64,000 bases of DNA from Chitinivibrionales bacterium (lineage in GTDB: Bacteria > Fibrobacterota > Chitinivibrionia > Chitinivibrionales > WJKA01), in assembly GCA_038247415.1 (NCBI GenBank), contig JBBRUX010000013.1, positions 13,020 to 77,019 of the forward strand, read 5' to 3'. Numbering within the stretch: position 1 is the stretch's first letter; the number at the start of each line of letters is the position of its first letter. Below, piece after piece: positions 39,482-50,184 of the stretch. A program made the position numbers and the translations under genes. Under the pieces are notes generated by a model. The model was not told where the DNA came from. It was given only the letters and a program-made list of their open reading frames with translations, and did no database searches.

Positions 39482-39967
39482 CTAGAATGCCAACCTACTT
39501 TTTTCCTGAAAATACACGCCGACAGAAATATCATTGCCAGAAGCAAAACCAACACTTTTGCCGCGAATATCGTATTACATGGTAATCCTTGTTTCTGATT
39601 CGGTTCGCCGTGCAACCGTAACAACATGCTTTGTTGCAGAAAGCCCTGTGGCCAGCGAGTAGGTATCGATACTCGGTTTTGCAATAAAGTACTTGGTAAA
39701 AACTCCATCAACGAAAACGTTATATGCACTGGAATCGGCTTGCTCATGCAAAAGCACCGAACAGCTCGTTCCGGTAAATGATACATCGAAATAAACGCCA
39801 TTCCAATTGAAGCGGATCGCATCGGGATTAGTAGCATCTGTTCGCCCACCGATATTCACCGATGGATCTGCGGGAGAAACGCTTACGAAAGCACTTACCG
39901 GAAGAATGCAGAGACTAATAATCACACTAATTTTATGCAAACCACCAAGCAGCACATGATTGCGCAT
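39482..39967 (-). pseudogene. Carbohydrate esterase family 2-like remnant lacking the catalytic domain
   Basis: SD AAGGAG + ATG 39967, signal peptide, CE2 N-terminal jelly-roll motifs (GR...RFNWNG....FTG...VFVDG...LATGL...H.VTV.RRTE), then TAA, then an in-frame tail YDIRGKSV...GVY. Confidence 0.65.
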
Positions 39968-40109
39968 TGGAAATCTCCTTCTGATTGTAATTGATCCTCG
40001 AAAGTATACAGCCTCTAAACTAGCATCACTATTTGCTACGAACAAGCTACCTAATTGCTTACAATTTAATCCTGTCTAAAATAGATCCCGCATTAAAATC
40101 GATTTATTC

Positions 40110-40138
40110 TTGTGATACCGTAATAAAGAATGTATCTT
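40110..40138 (+). promoter_or_regulatory. Putative sigma70 promoter of the rimP operon
   Basis: TTGTGA-17 bp-TATCTT. Confidence 0.5.
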
Positions 40139-40162
40139 TAACTTTCAATTTGGGGCAACGAC

Positions 40163-40185
40163 AACGGGCTTTTTGGCCCGTTTTT
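40163..40185 (+). promoter_or_regulatory. rimP-leader hairpin (attenuator-like)
   Basis: AACGGGC-TTTTTG-GCCCGTT followed by a T run, upstream of rimP. Matches the known GGGC/GCCC rimP leader architecture. Confidence 0.65.
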
Positions 40186-40252
40186 CATATCAGGCCTGTT
40201 GTGTTGTTTAATAAGGCCTTCTTTTTAAATATACTGATTATGGAGTGATCCG

Positions 40253-40711
40253 ATGTCATCACTTGAGCATATTACACCAATTCTCGAAGCCAAACTGGCT
40301 GCAATGGGCTACGATTTATTTGATCTCAAATATGTGAATGCCGGGCCACGATCTGTGCTACGGGTGTGTATCGATAAACCAGGTGGTATTAGTGTTACCG
40401 ACTGCGAGAATGTATCAAGCACATTGTCAACCATTCTTGACCTCGAAAACTTTTCTGTGCAGCACTACACGCTCGAAGTTTCGTCGCCGGGGCTTGATAG
40501 GCCTCTTATTCGAGCAAAGGATTTTGCCCGTGTTATAGGACAAACTATAAAGCTCGTTCTTAAATCTGAAGCCGAACACCCCGTAAAAACGCTTGTTGGC
40601 CTTCTCAAAGCAGTTGAAAATGAATCTGTCATTCTGGAAATCGATACGCAAGCAACTACCTTTTTGTTAACCGATGTTGCTCACGGCAAAGTAGAAATAA
40701 CTTTTTCATAA
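40253..40711 (+). CDS. rimP: Ribosome maturation factor RimP
   Basis: LRVCIDKPGGI...DC..VS, YTLEVSSPGLDRPL; position before nusA. Confidence 0.96.
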   Translation: MSSLEHITPILEAKLAAMGYDLFDLKYVNAGPRSVLRVCIDKPGGISVTDCENVSSTLSTILDLENFSVQHYTLEVSSPGLDRPLIRAKDFARVIGQTIKLVLKSEAEHPVKTLVGLLKAVENESVILEIDTQATTFLLTDVAHGKVEITFS

Positions 40712-40739
40712 ACCGGTTCGTGCCAAAGGATCTTTTATC

Positions 40740-41909
40740 ATGAAGAAAAAAATTAAGAGCGAAGATGTGCGTGGGCTCGACATTGCAGCAGCCATTTCCA
40801 GTGTCAACAAAGAGAAGAGCATAAGTGTAGACCTTGTGCTGGATTGTCTTAAAGACGCATTGGCCACTGCAGCAAAGCGCTACCTTGGCCGACCAGTTCA
40901 TGTAGAAGTTAAAGTCGACCGTGAAAAAGGAATCATTGAAGTTTTTACCCAACAGATCGTTGTTGACAATATCGAAGTTCTCGAAGACGAAGAAAAGCAA
41001 ATCAGGCTCACCGATGCAAAAGCCATCGACCCAGAACTTGAAATCGGCGACGAACTCATGCAAGACCTCGATATCGCACTGTTTGGCCGCAATGCCATAA
41101 GTTCTGCAAAACAAATTATCATGCAGCGTGTACGCGAAGCAGAACGGGACAGGATCTTTGCAGATTATTCCGAACGTCTGGGCGAATTGGTAACCGGCAC
41201 CGTTCAACAAATCGATAAAGGTAATGTGCTTGTCAACCTGGGTCGAACCGAAGCGATTATGCCCTACCGCGAACAGATCCGTCGCGAACGCTATCGCCAG
41301 GGCGATACTATCAGAGCATCGATTCTCGAAGTCAAAGACAACGCAAAAGGCCCTCAGGTTATTGTTTCCCGCACCTCTCCAGAATTTCTTGCACGGCTTT
41401 TTGAAATTGAAGTTCCAGAAATTTTTGATAAAACAGTCAAGATTGTCAAAGTTGTTCGAGATCCAGGCCACCGATCTAAAATTGCGGTAACAACAACCGA
41501 CGAACGCGTTGACCCTGTTGGAGCATGCGTTGGTATGCGTGGTAACCGCGTACAGGCCATTGTTCGCGAACTCTCAAATGAACGTATCGATATCATCAAT
41601 TGGACCACAGAGCTTTCGCTTCTGGTTCGTCGTGTTTTTTCTCCTGCAGAGGTCAAGCGCGTCCATCCTGTTGGCGAGAAAAAAGTAATTGTACTTATTA
41701 AAGAAGAAGACCTTGCTCAAGCCATTGGCAAAGAAGGTCAGAATATTCGTTTAGCAAGCCGCCTTATCGACAAAGAAATCGATGTGTATGGCGACGAAGA
41801 ATTTGGTGCAATGAGCGATGAAGACAAAGCAGCAGCTCTGGGCGAACCGCTTATCGTATCTGCCGAATCTGGCGAAGAAACAGTTGCAACAGAGGAGTCT
41901 ATCTCGTAA
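40740..41909 (+). CDS. nusA: Transcription factor NusA
   Basis: FGR.A...AKQ, LFEIEVPEI, DPVGACVGMRG.RV, AIGKEGQNIRLA. Confidence 0.98.
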   Translation: MKKKIKSEDVRGLDIAAAISSVNKEKSISVDLVLDCLKDALATAAKRYLGRPVHVEVKVDREKGIIEVFTQQIVVDNIEVLEDEEKQIRLTDAKAIDPELEIGDELMQDLDIALFGRNAISSAKQIIMQRVREAERDRIFADYSERLGELVTGTVQQIDKGNVLVNLGRTEAIMPYREQIRRERYRQGDTIRASILEVKDNAKGPQVIVSRTSPEFLARLFEIEVPEIFDKTVKIVKVVRDPGHRSKIAVTTTDERVDPVGACVGMRGNRVQAIVRELSNERIDIINWTTELSLLVRRVFSPAEVKRVHPVGEKKVIVLIKEEDLAQAIGKEGQNIRLASRLIDKEIDVYGDEEFGAMSDEDKAAALGEPLIVSAESGEETVATEESIS

Positions 41910-41972
41910 CTTTTAGGGTTTATGCTCATGTACGAATAGGCAATTCATTTCCTCTTAATCAAAGGTTTACAC

Positions 41973-44480
41973 ATGGCTAAAGAGAAAGTATACAAGCTGG
42001 CTCAGGAGTTTAAGGTCTCTAGCGAGGCATTGGTGCAGCTATTGCGTACCATGGGCATTCCTGTCAAAAGCCATATGAGTACTGTTGACGAAACTCTGCG
42101 CGATGAAATCAAGCGCAAATTCGAGACAGAACGCGCCGAAATTAAAAAAGAATACGATCGCAAAAAACTCCTCCTTGCTAAAAAAAGAGAAGAAAGTGCG
42201 CCCGTTCCCGAGAAAAAAGAAGAACCGCCAAAACAAGAGACCCACGCGCCAGCAGCGAACGGTGCTCCAGCATCACAGCCGCATACACCACATCCTCATT
42301 CGCCGCATAGCTCCTCGGGACCCGTGCCATCTCCTCAACCTTATAGGCCATCGTTTGCGCCACCAAGCAACCAGCCGCAAGCAGCACCGGGAGCGCCTCG
42401 TCCTGCATACGAAGGCTCACGACCAATTCGACGTACCAGCCAAACCTACGATAGTTCTTCGCTGCGGGTCGGGTTCATTAATGGCCCTGTTGCAGCAGTT
42501 GCTTCTACGGTAACATCGGAACGTCCCGAAAAATCTGCTGAGGGTACTAATTCTTTTCATAAAGGAAAGAAGAAGGGAAACAAGAAAAAGACTACTCGTC
42601 CTGAAGTTGACGCATTTGAGCTGAAAAATAATGTCAAAAAGACCCTTGCTAAAATTGGCGCAGGGTCGACACGCAAAAAGTATAAAAAAGATAGCTCGGC
42701 TCCCGACGAAGAAGATACAGAAGAGAAAAAGAACCTGAATGTTTCTGAGTTTGTTACCGCAGCTGAATTTGCCAACATGATTCAACAGCCGATTGCACAG
42801 GTTATTGCAAAATGCCTTGAACTCGGTCTGTTTGTAACAATCAATCATCGCCTCGACTTCGAAACTATCGAACTTCTTGCCGATGAATTTGGGTTTGCAG
42901 CGAGCCTCATGGATGAATACGCTGCAGAAGAAGAAGAACCAAGCACCGAAGAAAATATTGGCACCCTAGAACCTCGCGCACCCATTGTTACTATTATGGG
43001 TCACGTCGACCATGGAAAAACTTCATTACTGGATTATGTCCGCAAAACAAATGTTATTGCCGGTGAAGCTGGTGGCATTACACAGCATATTGCTGCCTAC
43101 GAAATTCATACCCCCCGCGGACCCGTTACATTTCTTGACACTCCCGGTCACGAAGCCTTTACCGCTATGCGTGCCCGTGGATCTCAGGTAACAGACGTTA
43201 TTGTTCTCGTTGTGGCGGCCGATTCTGGTGTTATGCCGCAAACCAAAGAAGCTATCGATCATGCGCGTGCTGCAAACGTGCCTATTGTTGTGGCAATCAA
43301 TAAAATAGATCTTCCTGTTGCCAACCCCGAAAAAGTCAAGTCGGAACTTGCTAATTTCGGCGTTGTCGTAGAAGAATACGGTGGGCATGTTGCTTGTGTT
43401 GAAATTTCTGCACGCACCGGGCTTGGAATGGACAAGCTTTTAGAACGGCTTGCCCTCGAAACCGAAATGCTCGAACTCAAAGCCTCTAAATCGGGTACTG
43501 CATCGGGAGTTATTGTCGAGTCGGAACTCGATAAAGGCAAAGGCTCCATTGCAACAGTTCTTATACAAAAAGGAACCCTTCGTAAAGGCGATTCGTTCAT
43601 TACAGGTATCCATTTTGGCCGTGTCCGTGATTTATACAACGAACGTGGACAATCTGTTGATTCTGCTGGTCCTTCTCAGCCTGTTGTTGTGCTTGGTCTT
43701 TCTGGAACACCCCAGGCAGGAGATTCCTTTAAGGTTGTAGGCGAAGAAAAAGATGCTCGCGAAATTAGTGCTCGCAGAAGACTTGCACAAAAAGAACGCG
43801 AAATGCGTCGCATTGGCTCGGTATCACTCGATCATTTGTACGAGCAGATCAAAGCGGGTAAAGTCCAGTCGCTTAACCTTATTATTAAGGGCGACGTAGA
43901 TGGCTCTGTTGAGGCTCTTGCCGAAGCGTGTTCAAAATTTAGTAACGAAGAAATTCGTGTTAATGTAATCCATAAGAGTGTGGGTGCCATTAAAGAAGCC
44001 GATATTATGCTCGCTGCTGCAAGTAAAGCAATTATCATTGGTTTCCACCTAAGCCCCAACACAAAAATTCGTGAATTAGCGCGTCGTGAAGGCGTTGACA
44101 TTCGCACATTTAGAATCATCTATGAAGCCATCGATGCCATTAAAAAATCGATGGAAGGTATGCTTGCACCAGAAATCAAGGAAAACATTACTGCAACGGT
44201 TGAAATTCGTGCAGTCTTTAAAATCACAAAGGTTGGTATGGTTGCTGGCTGTATGGTTCAAAGCGGCACGGTTCATCGTGGATCCAAAGCACGACTTATC
44301 CGTGAGGACATCGAAATTATCGACACAAAAATTGGAACGCTTCGTCGTGAAAAAGATGATGCCCGTGAAGTTGCAGCCGGATACGAATGCGGCATAACAC
44401 TCGATCAATTTACCGACTACAAAGAAGGTGATCGCATCGAAGTATACGAAGAAGTTAAAATTGCAAGAAAGCTGAGCTGA
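41973..44480 (+). CDS. infB: Translation initiation factor IF-2
   Basis: MGHVDHGKTSLLD, EAGGITQHI, DTPGHEAFTAMRARG, NKID, KGDVDGSVEA. Confidence 0.99.
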   Translation: MAKEKVYKLAQEFKVSSEALVQLLRTMGIPVKSHMSTVDETLRDEIKRKFETERAEIKKEYDRKKLLLAKKREESAPVPEKKEEPPKQETHAPAANGAPASQPHTPHPHSPHSSSGPVPSPQPYRPSFAPPSNQPQAAPGAPRPAYEGSRPIRRTSQTYDSSSLRVGFINGPVAAVASTVTSERPEKSAEGTNSFHKGKKKGNKKKTTRPEVDAFELKNNVKKTLAKIGAGSTRKKYKKDSSAPDEEDTEEKKNLNVSEFVTAAEFANMIQQPIAQVIAKCLELGLFVTINHRLDFETIELLADEFGFAASLMDEYAAEEEEPSTEENIGTLEPRAPIVTIMGHVDHGKTSLLDYVRKTNVIAGEAGGITQHIAAYEIHTPRGPVTFLDTPGHEAFTAMRARGSQVTDVIVLVVAADSGVMPQTKEAIDHARAANVPIVVAINKIDLPVANPEKVKSELANFGVVVEEYGGHVACVEISARTGLGMDKLLERLALETEMLELKASKSGTASGVIVESELDKGKGSIATVLIQKGTLRKGDSFITGIHFGRVRDLYNERGQSVDSAGPSQPVVVLGLSGTPQAGDSFKVVGEEKDAREISARRRLAQKEREMRRIGSVSLDHLYEQIKAGKVQSLNLIIKGDVDGSVEALAEACSKFSNEEIRVNVIHKSVGAIKEADIMLAAASKAIIIGFHLSPNTKIRELARREGVDIRTFRIIYEAIDAIKKSMEGMLAPEIKENITATVEIRAVFKITKVGMVAGCMVQSGTVHRGSKARLIREDIEIIDTKIGTLRREKDDAREVAAGYECGITLDQFTDYKEGDRIEVYEEVKIARKLS

Positions 44481-44487
44481 TTGTACT

Positions 44488-44847
44488 ATGCCGGCATCTC
44501 CTTTTCATAAAGAGCGCGTTATAGAGCAACTACGACGCGAAATTGGTATGGTGATTCAAAACGACATCAGAGATCCTCGTATTCCGTCGGTTGTGACGAT
44601 TTCCGAGATTCGACTTTCTGATGATCAGCACAATGCAACCATACTGATAAGCGTATTTGGAGAAGAAGAGACTAAACAGCCAGCTGTTGATGCGCTCAAC
44701 CATGCAGCTCCTTTTATTCAAAAAGTTGTTGCTGGTCATGTTAAACTCAAAAACTTTCCGCGTTTCCTTTTTAAAATCGATACCGGGGTGGTATACGGTC
44801 AGCGGATTGAACAACTGCTCAAAGAAGTAAAAGATGACTTGGCCTGA
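44488..44847 (+). CDS. rbfA: Ribosome-binding factor A
   Basis: IRDPRI, LSDD..NA, PRFLF.ID; synteny. Confidence 0.95.
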   Translation: MPASPFHKERVIEQLRREIGMVIQNDIRDPRIPSVVTISEIRLSDDQHNATILISVFGEEETKQPAVDALNHAAPFIQKVVAGHVKLKNFPRFLFKIDTGVVYGQRIEQLLKEVKDDLA

Positions 44848-45796
44848 ACTTGATGCGCTTTTTCGCGCCAACCAAACGTATCTCATTACCTCGCATCGAT
44901 CTCTCGATGGAGATTCTGTTGGATCCCAAGTATCCCTTGCCTGGTACCTTCGCCAGCTTGGCAAATCGGTAGTTCTGTATAATGCCGATCCCGTCCCAGA
45001 AAAATTTCGCTTTCTGCAAGGAGCTAGCGATATTGTCAATGTGCAACACCCAGGATTTTTCGATGTACTTATAGTGCTCGATTGTAGCAACCCAGATCGC
45101 CTTGGCTGGGACAACATCCTTTCTATTGCAAAAACATGTGTCAACATAGACCACCATCGGGACAATGGCAGATTTGGCAATCACAATTTTGTTGATATTG
45201 GCGCCGCTGCAACCGGTGAAATTTTAGCCGATTTTCTTCATACGGTGTATGGCACCCTGCCACAAACAACTGCCGAAGCGCTCTATACGGCCATCATGTC
45301 TGATACCGGCGGATTCCGTTTTAGCAACACAAACGATACCGTGCTGCAAGCATGCTCAAGGCTCGCCTTAGAAGGTGCACAACCGCACGAACTCTATCGC
45401 AAAATTTACGAAACAAAAAGCGTAAACGCATTAAAGCTGTGGGCACAAATCTGGAATACGCTCTCGTTCTATTTCGATGGCAAACTCTGCGTTCTTTCGC
45501 TTAATTTGCCCCTCATCGAACAGATGGGTGCCGTCTACGGAGACACCGAAGGTGCTGCCGATGTTACGGTTCAGGCGCTTGGTGTTGAAGTTGGCATTTT
45601 TATTAAGTACAAAGATAACGAGGCTCATTTTTCGCTCCGATCGCAAGGTCGTGTTGATGTTGGTCGCATGGCTCAAAAAATTAAGGGCGGTGGCGGGCAT
45701 AGTTGTGCAGCAGGATGCACCATGTACCTTCCCTACGAAGAAGCGCATGCTACAATGTTAGAGCTTATTAAAGAAGAGCTGGATACACTTTCGTGA
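44834..45796 (+). CDS. nrnA: DHH/DHHA1 phosphoesterase (NrnA-like)
   Basis: HRSLDGDSVGS, IDHH, SDTGGF, SLRS, GGGGHSCAAG. Confidence 0.9.
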   Translation: MTWPELDALFRANQTYLITSHRSLDGDSVGSQVSLAWYLRQLGKSVVLYNADPVPEKFRFLQGASDIVNVQHPGFFDVLIVLDCSNPDRLGWDNILSIAKTCVNIDHHRDNGRFGNHNFVDIGAAATGEILADFLHTVYGTLPQTTAEALYTAIMSDTGGFRFSNTNDTVLQACSRLALEGAQPHELYRKIYETKSVNALKLWAQIWNTLSFYFDGKLCVLSLNLPLIEQMGAVYGDTEGAADVTVQALGVEVGIFIKYKDNEAHFSLRSQGRVDVGRMAQKIKGGGGHSCAAGCTMYLPYEEAHATMLELIKEELDTLS

Positions 45797-46716
45797 ATGG
45801 ATTTGTCCTGATCGATAAGCCAATTGGCCCCACATCGTTTGACATGGTAAAAAAGATTAAGCACATTTACCAAGAAAAAAGAGTTGGGCATGCAGGAACC
45901 CTGGACCCTCTTGCATCAGGTTTGCTCGTAATTGCTCTGGGTAACGCAACGCGACTTCTCCCCTTCTTGCCCGACGAACCAAAAGCCTATACCTTCACCG
46001 TTTACTTTGGAAAATCAACTACTACATTCGATGCAGAAGGTGAGATTACAGACACCGGCGGTACCATGCCTTCTCTGCTCGAGTTGACTAGTGCGATACA
46101 GGGTTTGACAGGAGAAATCGAGCAAACACCTCCACACTTTTCGGCAATCAAGGTGAATGGAAAACGCGCCTACGACCTTGCACGCGCAGGAGCAGACTTT
46201 TCGCTTGAGTCTCGCACAATTACTATTCACACACTGTCCGTCGAATCGATAGAGCAATCCTGTCAAAGCGCTCAATTCAAGGTAACCTGCTCTTCGGGAA
46301 CCTATGTTCGATCTCTCGCAGTATCTATTGCAGAAGCGTGCGATACTATTGGCCATGTAACAAAGCTTCGTCGAACAGCAATCGGTATATTTGATGTTGC
46401 ATCTGCACTATCATTCGATTCTCTTATGGCAGACACTCCCGCTGAACCGCTCTCAGCTTTTTCGATCTTTGGAAGCAGAAACGCGTTTTTTCCCAGTGTT
46501 TGTGAAATACAGGATCTTATGCACGGTCGTTCCATTGCACATTCCGCTTGTATTACGGTCGACATTTCAACAAAAAATTCAAGTGTTGGATCTCATTTTT
46601 TTGCTTTTGATACTCGTAAAAATCTTCTTGCTGTCCTTAAACAATCGAGCGACGAAACAAGTCGGTTGCAGCCCATTCGTGTTTTTCAAAATCAACCTAC
46701 TCAGGCCGTTTCTTAA
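45793..46716 (+). CDS. truB: tRNA pseudouridine(55) synthase
   Basis: DKP.G.TS, GHAGTLDPLASG, Q.PP.FSAIKVNGKRAY, GTYVRSL. Confidence 0.97.
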   Translation: MNGFVLIDKPIGPTSFDMVKKIKHIYQEKRVGHAGTLDPLASGLLVIALGNATRLLPFLPDEPKAYTFTVYFGKSTTTFDAEGEITDTGGTMPSLLELTSAIQGLTGEIEQTPPHFSAIKVNGKRAYDLARAGADFSLESRTITIHTLSVESIEQSCQSAQFKVTCSSGTYVRSLAVSIAEACDTIGHVTKLRRTAIGIFDVASALSFDSLMADTPAEPLSAFSIFGSRNAFFPSVCEIQDLMHGRSIAHSACITVDISTKNSSVGSHFFAFDTRKNLLAVLKQSSDETSRLQPIRVFQNQPTQAVS

Positions 46717-46740
46717 TTTGATATAAGGTGCTTTACTACA

Positions 46741-47700
46741 ATGCGTATTCTTTTTGATCCGACCTCTATTCCAGAAATACAAAAAAGTGTTGTCACCATT
46801 GGCAACTTCGATGGAGTCCATAGAGGCCATATCTCATTGATACATAAAGTAATAGAACGAGCACATACTCACAAAGCAGTCTCGGTTGCCATTACATTTG
46901 AGCCGCATACCCGACTGGTTCTAGGAAACGAGCCAATGGCTCTTTTAACAACGTTTAAAGAAAAATGCCTTCTCTTAGAACACACTGGCCTCGATTACCT
47001 TATATGTATATCATTTTCAAAAGCGTTTGCCTCAAAAACTCACGAAGAATTTCTCTCCGACACGCTTCTTGGAACCCTCAAAGCATGTGAAATAGTCGTT
47101 GGATCGAATCATAGTTTTGGCAAAAACAAATCGGGAGACGAGAACTTTTTGCAGAATGCCATGAGCAGAATGCATTTTAATCTATTTGTCGCAGACCTAG
47201 AAAGCTCTTTTGGAGCACTGGTGTCTTCAACAACTATTCGCCAGGCTATTATAACTGGTGATATGGCACATGCAATAGAGCTGTTGAGTCACCCCTATCT
47301 GCTTATCGCAGAGCGGATAGCAGGGCTTGGAATTGCACGGACAATGGGTTTCCCGACCGTCAATTTTGCGTATCCTCCCGCTGTTAAAGTTCTTCCACCG
47401 CCGGGGGTGTATGCAGCAGAACTGCTTTTTAAGGGAACTGTTCAGTTTGGCGCTTTTTACATGGGCGATTGCCCTACATTTGAAGGCCGCACTGCTCACG
47501 GAGAGTTTCATTCTTTACAATATAAAGAACCTCTCCCCAATGTTTCAGAAGAAGGGTGTATTGTAATGCATTCTTTTATTCGACCCGATGAGAAATTTGA
47601 TAACCCGGCGCTTTTGACCGCCCAAATTGCAAAAGATATTACTAGTATAACAACCTTTTTTTCACAGGAGAAAAAAAATGCCGATCAGCAAAGAGCGTAA
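46741..47700 (+). CDS. ribF: Riboflavin kinase / FAD synthetase
   Basis: [39 protein letters not shown]. Confidence 0.95.
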   Translation: MRILFDPTSIPEIQKSVVTIGNFDGVHRGHISLIHKVIERAHTHKAVSVAITFEPHTRLVLGNEPMALLTTFKEKCLLLEHTGLDYLICISFSKAFASKTHEEFLSDTLLGTLKACEIVVGSNHSFGKNKSGDENFLQNAMSRMHFNLFVADLESSFGALVSSTTIRQAIITGDMAHAIELLSHPYLLIAERIAGLGIARTMGFPTVNFAYPPAVKVLPPPGVYAAELLFKGTVQFGAFYMGDCPTFEGRTAHGEFHSLQYKEPLPNVSEEGCIVMHSFIRPDEKFDNPALLTAQIAKDITSITTFFSQEKKNADQQRA

Positions 47701-47947
47701 GCAAGAATTAGTTCTAACCTATGGCACAAACGAAAAAGACACTGGGAAAACAGATGTCCAGATCGCCATCTTAACAAACGAAATCAACTCGCTTACCGAA
47801 CATCTCAAGCGCGAAACCAAAGATCATCACACACGCTATGGTCTTCTTAAAAAGGTTGGTGCTCGTCGCTCGCTACTGGACTATCTTCGTAAAAAAGATA
47901 TCGAAAACTATCGTTCGCTTATCAAGAAGCTTGGAATCAGAAAGTAA
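47678..47947 (+). CDS. rpsO: 30S ribosomal protein S15
   Basis: [34 protein letters not shown]. Confidence 0.98.
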   Translation: MPISKERKQELVLTYGTNEKDTGKTDVQIAILTNEINSLTEHLKRETKDHHTRYGLLKKVGARRSLLDYLRKKDIENYRSLIKKLGIRK

Positions 47948-48009
47948 TTGGATTGCCGGAGTAACCGGCCCATATCGATTGTGTTTTTCTAGAGAGGTAA
48001 TGGATCTTA

Positions 48010-50100
48010 ATGGCCTATCAAACAGTAGAAACTACCGTTGGCGGAATCAAGGTTTCTATCGAAACAGGAAGACTTGCCAAACAGGCCGGTGGAGCTGCAG
48101 TATGTCGCATGGGCGATACCATGGTGTTGGCAACTGTATGCGGAGGAGCTGCGCGCCTCGATAGCGATTTTTTCCCACTCACCGTAGAGTTTGTTGCAAA
48201 AGCGTATGCAGCCGGAAAAATCCCTGGTGGCTTTTTTAAGCGTGAAGGTAAACCTACCGAAAAAGAAATTCTATCTGCCCGCCTAATCGACCGCCCTATT
48301 CGTCCGCTTTTTCCCGAAGGCTTTAATCGCGAAGTACAGCTTATTACAACGGTGATTTCTGCCGACGAAAAATATGATGCCGACATAGTAGGAATTATCG
48401 CTGCTTCTGCTGCACTTTCAATTTCAGATCTTCCATTTCAAGGACCAATTGCCGGTATTCGCATTGGCATGATTGATGGACAACTCAAGGTAATTCCAAC
48501 GCTTCAAGAAACCGAAGCAGGAAGCCTCGATCTTGTTGTTGCTGGTTCTGCCGACTCAATCATGATGGTTGAAGGTGGCGCTTGGGAAGTTTCCGAAGAT
48601 GTCCTTCTTGAGGCAATTACTCTTGCCCACGAAGAAATCAAAAAGCTTATTGCCATTCAAACAGAACTTATGGCAAAAGTTGGTGTTGCTGCTAAACAGT
48701 TTACACCTCCCGTGCGCGACACAGAAGTATTCGATGCTGTGCATGAATTTCTCAAAGATCGCATCCACGACATTAGCTATAACGGTCACAAAAAGACCCG
48801 TTACGATGGCATCGATGCATTGCATGCAGAAACAAAAGCAGCGTTTGCAGAACGCTTCCCCGAAAAAGAAGCCACTATTTCTGCTGCGTTCCACGAAGCT
48901 GAACGCGTGGATATCCGCACTACGATTCTTGATACGGGCGTTCGTATTGGTGGCCGTGATTGCGATACCGTACGACCAATTACGGTTGAACTTGACATTC
49001 TTCCTCGTGCTCACGGAACAGCGCTCTTTACACGTGGAGAAACACAGGCAATGGTTGTTGCAACCCTTGGCACAAAACTCGACGAACAGCGCATCGACAA
49101 TCTTCAAGGCGAATATCATAAGTCTTATATGCTTCATTACAATTTCCCTCCGTATTCGGTTGGCGAATGTAAACGCATTGGCTCTATTGGTCGCCGCGAA
49201 ATTGGTCATGGGCACCTTGCAGAACGGTCGCTCTCGCCTGTGCTTCCTTCCGAAAAAAGTTTTCCTTATACAATTCGCCTTGTATCAGAAATTCTCGAAT
49301 CTAATGGATCCTCATCTATGGCATCGGTGTGTGGTGGCTCATTAGCGCTTATGGCTGCTGGTGTACCAATTAAAACCCACGTTGCAGGTGTGGCCATGGG
49401 TCTTATTAAAGAAGGTGATCGCATTGCAGTTCTTACCGATATCCTTGGCACCGAAGATCACTTAGGCGACATGGATTTTAAAGTAACCGGAACGCGCGAT
49501 GGTATTACTGCTATACAAATGGATATCAAGATCAATGGTATCACAACCGATATCATGCGTACTGCTTTGGAAAAAGCCAAAACAGCTCGTTTGCATGTTA
49601 TTGGCATTATGGAGCAGGCATTACCCGCTTCACGCAAGGTTATAAGCGAATTCGCTCCCCAAATTTTCACCATGAAAATCGACAAGGAAAAAATTCGCGA
49701 TCTTATTGGACCTGGCGGAAAAATCGTTCGTGAAATTCAGGAAACAACTCAGGCAACCATCAATATTTCCGATGATGGTACTGTCAATGTCTTTGCAACA
49801 GGGAAAGCCGCTCGCGACGCTGCAGTTGCCCGTATCAAGGCAATTGTAATCGATCCCGAAGTTGGCGATATCTTTGAAGGCAAAGTTAAAACAGTCACCG
49901 ACTTTGGTGCCTTTGTAGAGTTTTTGCCTGGCAAAGACGGCTTGGTGCACATTTCTGAACTCGACAACAAGCGTGTTGAGAAAACCGACGATGTGTGCGC
50001 TGTTGGTGATATCATGCGCGTTAAGCTCATTGGTTTCGACCGTTTTGGCAAAGTCAAGCTGAGCCGCAAGGCACTCCTTGATCCGCCGCCTGCTGCTTAA
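48010..50100 (+). CDS. pnp: Polyribonucleotide nucleotidyltransferase
   Basis: DFFPLTV, RLIDRPIRPLF, FTRGETQ, RREIGHG, ESNGSSSMAS, GDMDFKV, KH and S1 domains. Confidence 0.99.
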   Translation: MAYQTVETTVGGIKVSIETGRLAKQAGGAAVCRMGDTMVLATVCGGAARLDSDFFPLTVEFVAKAYAAGKIPGGFFKREGKPTEKEILSARLIDRPIRPLFPEGFNREVQLITTVISADEKYDADIVGIIAASAALSISDLPFQGPIAGIRIGMIDGQLKVIPTLQETEAGSLDLVVAGSADSIMMVEGGAWEVSEDVLLEAITLAHEEIKKLIAIQTELMAKVGVAAKQFTPPVRDTEVFDAVHEFLKDRIHDISYNGHKKTRYDGIDALHAETKAAFAERFPEKEATISAAFHEAERVDIRTTILDTGVRIGGRDCDTVRPITVELDILPRAHGTALFTRGETQAMVVATLGTKLDEQRIDNLQGEYHKSYMLHYNFPPYSVGECKRIGSIGRREIGHGHLAERSLSPVLPSEKSFPYTIRLVSEILESNGSSSMASVCGGSLALMAAGVPIKTHVAGVAMGLIKEGDRIAVLTDILGTEDHLGDMDFKVTGTRDGITAIQMDIKINGITTDIMRTALEKAKTARLHVIGIMEQALPASRKVISEFAPQIFTMKIDKEKIRDLIGPGGKIVREIQETTQATINISDDGTVNVFATGKAARDAAVARIKAIVIDPEVGDIFEGKVKTVTDFGAFVEFLPGKDGLVHISELDNKRVEKTDDVCAVGDIMRVKLIGFDRFGKVKLSRKALLDPPPAA

Positions 50101-50122
50101 TGGCCTTTGTTTGTGATACTAT

Positions 50123-50163
50123 GCCGTTTTGAAACAACCCTGTTTCAAAACGGCTTTTTTTTT
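50123..50163 (+). terminator. Intrinsic terminator after pnp
   Basis: Perfect 14-bp stem GCCGTTTTGAAACA-ACCC-TGTTTCAAAACGGC followed by T9. Confidence 0.92.
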
Positions 50164-50184
50164 AATTAAACCGAAAGTAATGCT

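Noticed and set aside
40656..50069. Long antisense ORFs over nusA, infB and pnp
   Set aside because: Antisense shadows caused by codon bias in conserved genes.
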